A stretch of 63,208 nucleotides of DNA, filler included, from Rhabdomonas costata (lineage: Eukaryota), in NCBI GenBank assembly GCA_019059605.1. It is 28 parts of 28 records of this genome, joined end to end, with 100 filler letters (N's around TTAATTAATTAA, not from the genome) between each part and the next. Parts side by side here need not be neighbours in the genome. Positions count along the whole stretch, not along the records: positions 52,009 to 54,168 come from JAHMHO010005170.1; positions 54,269 to 56,428 come from JAHMHO010005171.1; positions 56,529 to 58,688 come from JAHMHO010005172.1; positions 58,789 to 60,948 come from JAHMHO010005173.1; positions 61,049 to 63,208 come from JAHMHO010005174.1; 23 more parts are not named here. One strand, 5' to 3'. The position numbers and the translations under genes are program-made. The notes below the pieces were generated by a model, which saw only the letters and a program-made list of their open reading frames with translations, had not been told where the DNA came from and did not search any database. Of this stretch, positions 54,027 through 63,208 are shown one piece after another. How positions within the stretch are numbered: the stretch's first letter is position 1; each line of letters starts with the position of its first letter.

Positions 54027-56876
54027 GTATGACCCGTGGGTGGCTGAGGCAAATGGAGGGGTAGAGAGAGCCATTGTGGGCCCCAGCAAGTGAGAGAGTG
54101 CCAAGATCCGAGAGGATCCGTGTTTAAGTGCATCTATGGTGAGCCACCATTGTCAAGTACACCACCACNNNNNNNNNNNNNNNNNNNNNNNNNNNNNNNN
54201 NNNNNNNNNNNNTTAATTAATTAANNNNNNNNNNNNNNNNNNNNNNNNNNNNNNNNNNNNNNNNNNNNGAGACCGTGAGGAGGACCTTCAGGGAGAGCAG
54301 GTTGTTGAGGAGCCTGCGGCACCGCGCAGAGGCCTCCGGGAAAGCCATGCACTCGTGATAAAGTGTTTTTCACTAAGAGGAAAATGTGGAGTGTGAGGAA
54401 AAAAGAGAAAAAAGGTGGAAGGAGGGAAGAGAAGGGATAAAGAAGTCCTCGGCAAGTAAATAAAGAAGGAAACAGGAGACGGTAGGCAGCAAAAACAAAG
54501 GGAACACACAGAGTAGCAATGGAAGCAGAACAAAAGGGCCAGAGTGCCTGCAGAGGAAGCAGCGACCAACACTGGAAACGTCACCTAATGGAAACGAATG
54601 CGTTACTGTGTTGAGTGGTCCTTAGGTTCACGGCACGCGACCGGAGAATGTATCTGGAGTCTGCTGGTTGATGGTAGGCACGGCTGGGATTCTGAGGGGT
54701 CCTTGGGGCATTTGAGCAAGCTCCCTCAATGGCGATGAGTACGGCGCGGAGTGCTGGTGAATATCCTGTGCTCGCGGCGATGGAAAATCGAAGGCGACTT
54801 TTGGCACTATTTCTGGCTGCTTGCCAGCGGCCAGGGAAAAGCAGAAAGAAACCAAAAATTGGTACAAAACTAAAGGGGAAATCGGAAGGGGGAATTTCCC
54901 CCAATCGGTCCATTCGTTCAAGGGGTGGTTGGCGAGGTTCGGTGCAAAATTGCTGGCCTGTCAGGACTCTTCGCGGTTCCTTCCTTCCTCTCTGCGACAC
55001 CCACAGAACAGCGAAGGCGGCCATAGGGACATCGGCAACTCTCCTTTTGTCCATGAGCAAAACGAAATCAGGCCCATGGCAAACCCAGATATGGGGTGGA
55101 GGGTGTGGCGGACGTCCGAGGGGATGGCTCACCTGATTGAGGGCGAGCTCCCCCTTCGAACCTTTTGGTATCGTCCCTCACTTCGGGGAACTTGGAACAA
55201 TCGAACAAACACACGAGCGCAGACAAGCACGAAAAGGGAGAGAGAGAGAGCAGAGAAATCGCGAGAGAGCACACGCCGTGCCGGACAGGAATGGGGAATG
55301 GCAGGTCAAATTCGTGGCGGCTCGACTTCTTCCATAACCGGTGGACCGGACGGGTGAGGGGGCTGAGTTGGGCCCATCTATACAGGCAAATATCACAGGA
55401 GACCTGCCAATCCACCACACCACAACAATACAACAACAACGACAACAAACGCAACCAACAAATGGAAGCCCATCAACGTGAAAGCACACTCATTTTCCCC
55501 TGAGGTGTCCCCCCCCCACGCACTGCAGTCTCTTCAACACGTCCCCCGTGATCAAAAAGCAAGGCGAGCGGTAAAAAAACCAACGCCAACGAAATGGTAA
55601 AAAGGAAAGGCAAGACCGGGTGCTGGAAAAGGACAATTGCCAACAAAAAAATATATTCCAGCCATTTTGAGCATAGCTACTGAATATGCCGGCTGGCTTG
55701 AGAGGGGTTGAGTAGATACGGGAAACGATGCATTGGGGATGAAGGTGGTGGTGGCGGGAGGCAGATTTCGGTAGACAAACCAGGGCCAGAAGTTGCACAC
55801 GAGAAACTGGATATACAAACGAGGAGGCGCTCTTCTCACTCCAATTACAAAGGACAGGTCCCGACGACCCCTCTGTGACATTCAAGGTGTCATGCTGGCA
55901 TGTTGGTGTGTCACCTTCGTGCTCTGCATTTGCTTGCGCGCGGGGTAGTATACTGAAGACCGGATGGAGCCCCTTCTTCGCAGAAGAGTTGAGACCAGAG
56001 CCTTCCCCTCCGCCCAACACACTGCACAAGTTGAGCCATGGAATAATAACAATAAAAATAAACTCTGCGCAACCTGCCTCTGGCGCGCGACCATGTTGTC
56101 TCACGCCCCACCTCCCGAAAGGCTCTGAGTTGAACGACAAACTGTACACTTGCGCACACATACACAGTATACGAGGACACCGCAGGTGTACCGCAAGTGT
56201 TCGACAGCCTCCAATGCATCTGCGCGAGAAAGAAATTACGATCTAATGTCAACCGCCTCACTTTCGTCTCGTGCCCGCCCCTCATCGCCGACGAGCATCG
56301 AACTCACCACACAAAAAGTTCACACCATAAATCCCTCGAACCAAAACAACAATATGATACGAAACACCAAACAAAAAACCACAGTCTACACCATCAGGCA
56401 AAGTTATAAAATGTCAGCATCGACAAACNNNNNNNNNNNNNNNNNNNNNNNNNNNNNNNNNNNNNNNNNNNNTTAATTAATTAANNNNNNNNNNNNNNNN
56501 NNNNNNNNNNNNNNNNNNNNNNNNNNNNTGGGGGGGGTTGGGCTTTTGCGCTCCTCGTGCTTGCTTTTGCATGCTTGACTGCAGTGCATTTTGTGGTAAT
56601 TGCTTAGGTGACTGTTGACGCTGTACCTTTCTCCTTTTTACGGTCTTCCTTTTCGAGAATTTCCCGTTCACTCTTCTGATTCCGACTAATAGTTTTCAGA
56701 CAGTGCGATGTTCTGTCTTTCGCCGAAACTTGCACCTGCTTTTGTGTTGGTACCCACTGGTCACTAGTCAGTGCCAAAGCATTTGCTCCCTATGCTCCCT
56801 TGGCACGGAACAGGGTTGCATGCACGTCCCTCATTTGACTCGCATCGTCCATTTCCTGACTTGCCCTTCCCTGTAG

Positions 56877-58549
56877 ATCTACGACGCCGCGTTCGCCATC
56901 AAGAACCGAATTTATGGCAACCGCATCGTGCTTTTCGCCCCACTGTACCTATCGAACCACTGCGTGAACCAGTGCACCTACTGCGCCTTCCGCCACTCCA
57001 ACAAGGTGTCCTTGGAGATCACCCAATCCCCTGTTTTCTCAATTCCCGGTGCACCGGGGGAGAGTGGTTGTGGATTGGTTTGTAGTTCATCGTTGATATC
57101 ACGAGCTTGTTGGACCGCGCGTGAATGGCAAAACAAACATGTGTCCTTTTTCTTCGTTTCTTCGTTGCCACTCCCTTCCTCATATTATTCCCATTGTGTG
57201 CTGGTTCGCTTGCCGCACAGCGAAGATTCCCCTTCCCAAAATAAAGCGCCAGTAAAGGTTCAAAAAAGTGTTTCATTTTTGGCTTCCTTGATTCGCCAAA
57301 CAAAAGCGTCCATGTATGGTGTGATATCATGGTGTGGCCTGCAAGGAACACTTCTCGTTCATGCCTTGGTTTCCACCGAAGCCGTTTCCTGTTGTAGCAA
57401 ACTCCCCCAGCGCCAAATGCACCTCCCAAAAATTAACATTCAATTGTGCACAGAAAAATAACGCTCCCTTAAGAAGATTCGCACTACGGTAGTGCTGGAG
57501 AGATTGTAGGCGCAAGGGAGAGGTTTTGTCCTTCGGAGAACTTTTTTCTGTCCACGGTTGTTTGAATCCTGTTCTGCTTGCCTGAAAAGGTGACATGGTT
57601 CCGAAGCGCACATGCATCAGGCACATGCATCTGCGTGCCTTCCTCAGGAAATTGCTCGCAACGTGCTGACCCATGACCAGGTACCTTTCCGTCTTCAGTG
57701 TTCTCAAAAGAAAAGTAGAACAGAGGCTGACAGTCTCTGAACAGTTTAAACAAGCAGGTCTCTCACCCTTCTTTACCACGGTACCGCACTTCGTAGCACA
57801 CAGGAAACCCACCACATCCTCACAGCAACAGCAAGAAAATCAGCAGTGGGGCTTGTAAACTCTGAGTCTTCAGAGACAAAGTCTTCCACAATCAAATGCT
57901 TGTGGAGAGGATGGGCATGTTCCGAGGAGAGGTCATTTGGTCTCGCAGGGGGTAAGGTGGCGATGACCGCGTCCCAAAATGAAGTTCTCTCGCAAGGGGT
58001 CATGCGCGCATAAAGACGACACGCATGCTGGGAGTACGGGGCCCCATTTGGACTCATGTCATTTTCGGCCGATAAACTGCCTGAATTCCTTCCTTCCTCT
58101 GTTGTAAAAGTGCGGTGCTGTGGTCGTCAGAGGGCTTTGCTTGTTTCTTGTTCGCCTCCACCACAACCGAACAACCGACCTCCGTCCCCCCGCTCCGGTA
58201 CTTTCCCAGATCCGCGAGCAGATCTCCGTGCTGGTCTCCCAAGGCCACCGCCGTGTGCTCATGCTGACCGGGGAGAGCCCAAGGTGGAAGCCGGCGTTCG
58301 CGTGTGACCAGTCTATTCCCTCTTTTGTGTACTGTGCCACGAAGTGCCAGAAAGTGCACCTCGCGGCCGAGGTGGGGTGACAGGCTGCAGCATTCGGCTG
58401 TCACACCACATTCGGCTGCTCGGGCGCACCGCTTTTTGCACTTCTTGTGCGGTGGGCTATGTTAGCTGCCGGCTCTTTGCTCAGGTACACCTTTGACGAG
58501 CTTCTCGAGGCCATTCAGGTGGCAGCGGGTGTGGTGGTGCCCCCTGCAG
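56877..58549 (+). CDS. hydG: [FeFe]-hydrogenase maturase HydG (radical SAM), internal fragment; exons 56877-57005, 57648-57680, 58210-58283, 58485-58549
   Basis: Spliced: IYDAAFAIKNRIYGNRIVLFAPLYLSNHCVNQCTYCAFRHSNK|EIARNVLTHDQ|IREQISVLVSQGHRRVLMLTGESPR|YTFDELLEAIQVAAGVVVPPA; CxxxCxxC motif; all introns GT-AG and in phase. Confidence 0.88.
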
Positions 58550-59039
58550 GTCCATGTCTGTGACCCCCCCCCCACAAATTCCTGCGCACTCTTCATCACT
58601 CTAGTTCTTCCCCTTTTCCCTCGAGGACCAAATAAATGCCGTGCCTTTCCATCAGCACAGTGTTCACGCGACCTGCAGACAAACCAACNNNNNNNNNNNN
58701 NNNNNNNNNNNNNNNNNNNNNNNNNNNNNNNNTTAATTAATTAANNNNNNNNNNNNNNNNNNNNNNNNNNNNNNNNNNNNNNNNNNNNGTGGTGGGTGTG
58801 GTTGGGGTTGGGGGTAGTGTACGAGCGGGTGGGTACAGCCAGGCACAGAGTGGGACCAGGTAGGGGGTCCTTTTTCCTCCTTCTCGCCGCGCGCTAAAAT
58901 CTCCGCGGCGGCTTTTTCTTCAGGCTTCAGGTAGTGCTGCTGTGGAGGGCGTGACGCGGGCGTGTGTCTTGATGGTTGAGGGCGGTTCCATTGCGTGCCT
59001 ATCTGAAGCTGATAGTGCGTAAGCAAAAGCCACTCACGG

Positions 59040-60630
59040 AACGTTTGCTTGCTGGTCCTTCCGGTTTGTCTCTGTGCAGCCGCCTGCCGCAGAACGTATG
59101 GCGCCGCAGGTGCCTCTGCCTGCCCCTGCGGTTTATTATGATCACTACGATGCGGCGCCCGTGCAGTCTTTCCGGGTGAGTGTGTGTGTTTGTGTGTGTG
59201 TGTGTGAACGCGCCAAAACACCAGCAGGTGTTCAGAACAAGCAGCACAAGGACACGCCACAGCACACCGCGCAATATATGTGTACAGGAGGAAGGGCTGA
59301 TTTGTGACGAATCGTGTGAAAACGCTGTGATGGGATGCCCATTTGTGATGGGACGCCATAAGAAGTCAATGAAGTTTTTGCTCGCAGATGGATGTGATCC
59401 ATTCTACAATTTTCAGCTGAAACCGCACTTTCTTTTGCTGTGCAAGTGTAAGATGCTTCCACGCAGTTGCCTGTTAAGGCTGATATTACGGCGGGGGATT
59501 TTGTTGTCTGAACGTAAAGAGGCAGTCATTTCTATTAATGTGTGTGTGTGTGTTGTCGAGGAGTTGTGGCCGTGGTGCCGCAGCCCGTGCTTCGCTTGCG
59601 TTTCTCTGCGGAGGATGGCTCGGCGGGCTGTGCCTCCCCTTTGGTATACTGCTGGGTGGAGCTCCACCTGCAGCAGGAAATTCAGGTGAGTTGGCTCGCA
59701 TTGCGAACAATTGAATGCCCTCCGGCGGATTGTATTTTGGTGTCCGCGTTGCAACATTCCTGATAAAAGCAGATTCTACGTTAGCACCGGACTGCTTTTC
59801 TTGGTGTAGTAGATGCTGCTTGTTCTCATGTGTCAATTGACTTTCAGCTGTGGCTCTGTTCAAATACTGTCTACAAAATCAACCAACGGAATAAATCGTG
59901 ACATGTGTTTTTTCGTGTGCGTTTGGGGTGGGGGGTGCCCCAGCTCACCCACGTGATTTGCGTCACGGATGCCGAGGAGGTCACCCTGCCTGCTCTGGCG
60001 GAAGCGCAAGTCAGCATAAGGTGGTGCAGCCCTGAAGGCAGCTCTGAGGAGGGCGGAACCCCGCTGAGGACCTTTCACATTGACCTGACAGGGGTTCTTG
60101 AGAATTCAGGTCTGACCTTGACGCCATTCCCAGTATTTTCATTGACATTTTATTTCGCTGCAAACAGGGGTCTTGATAGCTTGCATTTTGTATTAGTTTG
60201 GTTCATTGTTGTTGTTACGGGGTTGCTCGTTCCATTAAAGTTAAACAGGGAATTTGGGACGGACGAGCAAACCCAGGTCTTCTTTGTAGGTATTGCCTCC
60301 TCTCCCTCTCCCTCTCTCGGCGCCCCTCTCTATTGCTTCTTTTCCAGGGGTTCCAAACTCCCTTCTTCTTTTGCGACTCCTGCCACCAACAACTAACCGA
60401 GTGAAGCCCACGCTGGGAGGCAGCTCGCGGCCAGCCTCTCGTGGCGAGCCCTCCGTCTGCATCGCCTCCCTTCATGCCTTCGCAGCGGCACCTCCACATA
60501 CGCCCTCGGTGGAGGAGAGCCCTCACCGCACTTCCGTTGGCCGTCGGCGATTGTCGGAATGCTTGGCTTCCTTGTCAGAGCTTGCTGCCGGGCGGGCTCA
60601 AACCTCTGGGGAGCTCCGCGGCACCGTGTG
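59040..60630 (+). CDS. Multi-exon hypothetical protein
   Basis: Exon-like blocks ending CGG|gtgagt (59175) and CAG|gtgagt (59685), followed by cccag|CTCACCCAC (59944). Confidence 0.35.
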
Positions 60631-61205
60631 ACGTCGGAGCCGTTGCTGCATTTCGTGTTAAGAGTCTTAATCGCTAATGGACCGCCGAGTATTGTATGTG
60701 TGCGTACGTGCTGTCTGCGAAGGAAGGGGTCTCACTTGTATCGAGCTGACTTCTTTCCGCATCTTTTGCCTCTGTGTTCTGTCCATGTGTACCTGCTGAT
60801 TGCGCTTGTTCATAAACTGTTCGAGGGAGATGTGCGTGGCGTATCATGTAGCCTTATTTGATGAACGGATACCATCGGATTCCGTTCACTCTGGTCAGCC
60901 TGTGGCGCTTCCAGTATGTCTTGAGGCTACATGATACCCCACACCACCNNNNNNNNNNNNNNNNNNNNNNNNNNNNNNNNNNNNNNNNNNNNTTAATTAA
61001 TTAANNNNNNNNNNNNNNNNNNNNNNNNNNNNNNNNNNNNNNNNNNNNGGGTCAAGGTGGACGTAACGTTCCCTCTGCAGCTGTGCAAATATAGACGGGT
61101 GGGCGAAGAAACAGGCAGAGAGAACGTTACGTCCACCTTGACCCTCCGATCAAACACGGAAACCAACTCGGCGGTTTCACAACTGCAAACGTGTCGGCAG
61201 CACAC

Positions 61206-61407
61206 TTTTGTGATGTCCCCGCGGCGGACTCGCAGAAGATGCCCCGAGGAAAGACGATGCTCGACACTGAAATCAGAAACGCCTTCGCTGGCGCAAACGG
61301 CGAACGAAGAACGCGCTCCTGATAGCACAGCCACGCGAAAAGCTGCTAGAGGAAAGCTGCTACCGAGACTTGTATAAGTAATCACCAACTGAACAGTGTC
61401 GGCAGTC
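61206..61407 (-). CDS. Exon reaching the start of a macro domain (LLRVRRGDITK)
   Basis: Macro-domain GDIT motif at exon end, tttcag acceptor and gtgtgc donor; VKVDV follows near 61143. Confidence 0.5.
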
Positions 61408-62381
61408 TGAAAAAGAAATTGCATTTCGCAAAACGCACAAACCAACTATTTTGATAACTGCGGGCCTACGTTGATGAAGTGATACTCCGTATTGTTCAGC
61501 GCAAGCGGGGCCCACCCCCCATTCCTTCTCTTCAACCACAAAACCGACACAAAAGCCAAAATTGCTCACACAGCGCCTGTGGCAAGCGTTGTCGACAGCC
61601 CCAGCAAGCCAAAGACGAGAGATCGTGCAGCAAGCTTTTTCATGGCACCTCACTCCGTCCTCGTGAGCACACGGAAATTTCAGCGAGCAAAAAACAATGT
61701 TCCGTACGGACTGCGAAATGAGTAAATGTGTAATGCTTCCTCGAGAAATGGCAAACTGGTGAACAAACTCCTGCCAAAACCAGTACTCTTTCACATTTTC
61801 ACTGCCAATAAAATTCAAGCCGTTGTCTGCGTATGTGGGAAAATTGCACGCTGAGCCTTGCTTGCCGCTCCGGGTCCAAGAATTTTGACTCAAATAAAAG
61901 CGCTTTGTGTACACTTGTGGCTGTGCTAGTTGCAGTTCTGTTTCTCGTTCGGCTGTTCAGATAGGCCAGCCTTCAGCCGGCCTCCGAACCCTCAGCAGTT
62001 GTCGGGGACCACGTAGGAACGGGAGTGAGGACCAAACGAAACTTCACCCTATTCGCTGAGCGATATATCACGTTGGCACCAGACTAGACACAGAAACAGA
62101 CCTATGTTCTTTTGAAAGGGAGAGGAATCGCGCCAAGAACCCATGAGAGCCCCTGGCTCGGCTGAGGGCAACGTTATCACAAACACAACTTCTTTCGGTG
62201 CCTCGGCACAGAACAGTGGAACAGACACACAGGAGTGCAGACCAGGAATCAGGGATCAGGGAATCAGGCACCACGGGGGGGGGGGGGTCGATAATGGATA
62301 TAAACTATATTTTTCCGGCCAAACCCCTTCAGCGATGGCAGACACATACACATACAAAGCTGTCACGCACGCTTCTGTCAG

Positions 62382-63208
62382 GGCCATCTCTCCTTCTGTG
62401 CTACTCGCCGTGCATTGACTGGGGCATTGATATGCAGTACCAGATGGAGAGCCAGCGCATTGCCGTGGACAGCGGGTACTGGCGCCTCTACCGCTATGAC
62501 CCCCGGCTGGCGGCTCAGGGCAAGGTGCTGGGGTTGGGGGTACCTCTCAGTTGCCCTGTTGAAGTGCTTGTTCGGCTTCTGTCGTGGTTTGCTGTCTTCT
62601 TTGTAATGCATGCGATGTCCTGGGCGCCCACTGGGAAAAAATATTCGTTCACCCTCTCTCATTTCTCTCAGGTTGCTCTTCAGTTGGACTCTCCCAAGAT
62701 CAAGACGGATGTCACCAAGTTCCTGGAGACCCAGAACCGCTTCAAGCAGCTGATGCGCAAGGACAAGGTCAAGGCAAGCAGCTACTTCCAGTATGCACGG
62801 ATGCACTACTGAACAGGGCAAGTTCCAAGAAATTTCACAGCGGGGATCACACCGGAGGAGGCAGGAATGCACCCAAACAAAAAACACACACAAAACCCGC
62901 AGAAGGCGAAGGTATGGTTCCGGGTTTTGGTTCTGCTTCGGACACAAAGAAGAGTCCTTTCACGTTCCGGATGTTTGTGCCCAGGTTTCGTAGGTTTGGG
63001 TGTGCGGTAGTGGAGTGCCCGTGTGATGGGGTGGAATTGGAACGGGGTTGCCGGCTTCAGGTCCCTCAAGGTCCATCTGGCGGACGCTCACGAGCGAGCC
63101 AAGCGCGACTCCATGGACAACCTGGAACTGCTGGACCACCTCAAGGCCTTGGTGGGCGAGACCTCTACCGGGGACAAGGTGCAGGTGCTGTACGCCTCAC
63201 ACACCACA
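62382..63208 (+). CDS. PNO: Pyruvate:NADP+ oxidoreductase (PFO domain fused to flavodoxin/CPR domain), junction region; exons 62382-62524, 62672-62790, 63061-63208
   Basis: GPSLLLCYSPCIDWGI...AVDSGYWRLYRYDP..GK|VALQLDS..FLETQNRFKQL..FQ|SLK..SMDNLELLDHLK..GE..DKVQVLYAS: PFO C-terminus runs without a stop into a flavodoxin beta-1/P-loop start. Confidence 0.88.

Noticed and set aside
54269-56428. Overlapping 100-220-aa ORFs
   Set aside because: No recognisable motifs or consistent exon chain; likely intronic/intergenic
62774-62790. GC donor after KDKVK in PNO
   Set aside because: Phase matches only the GT donor at 62791
56877-63208. hydG and PNO as a physical gene cluster
   Set aside because: On different contigs separated by spacers; proximity is incidental

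Overview
This window is not a contiguous locus. It is 28 unrelated contigs of about 2.15-2.17 kb joined by 100-bp artificial spacers (44 N + TTAATTAATTAA + 44 N). Contig ends are G/T-rich (5') and C/A-rich (3'), as expected for whole-genome-amplification primer remnants. The DNA is nuclear DNA of an intron-rich flagellated eukaryote: short GC3-rich exons, GT-AG introns and a few GC-AG introns. It is most likely a euglenozoan, judging from an mtHsp70 C-terminus 'AVMECSRIMY', a pyruvate:NADP+ oxidoreductase and a Discoba-style adenylate cyclase. Most ORFs in the supplied track are spurious, so genes were rebuilt exon by exon. Recognisable fragments: GDSL/SGNH hydrolase (catalytic His lost), modular Cys-rich secreted proteins, VPS36, a divergent intronless dynein heavy chain, DNAH2-like dynein, mtHsp70, class III adenylate cyclase, N-myristoyltransferase, DHX16/Prp2, a degenerate bromodomain, an ABM-domain protein, a macro domain, and decayed Penelope-like and Ty3/Gypsy retroelements. 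The most striking content is an intron-containing [FeFe]-hydrogenase maturase HydG together with PNO. Together these suggest a hydrogen-producing anaerobic mitochondrion in a probable euglenozoan, if the contigs come from one organism. Homology calls rest on recalled family motifs, not database searches.
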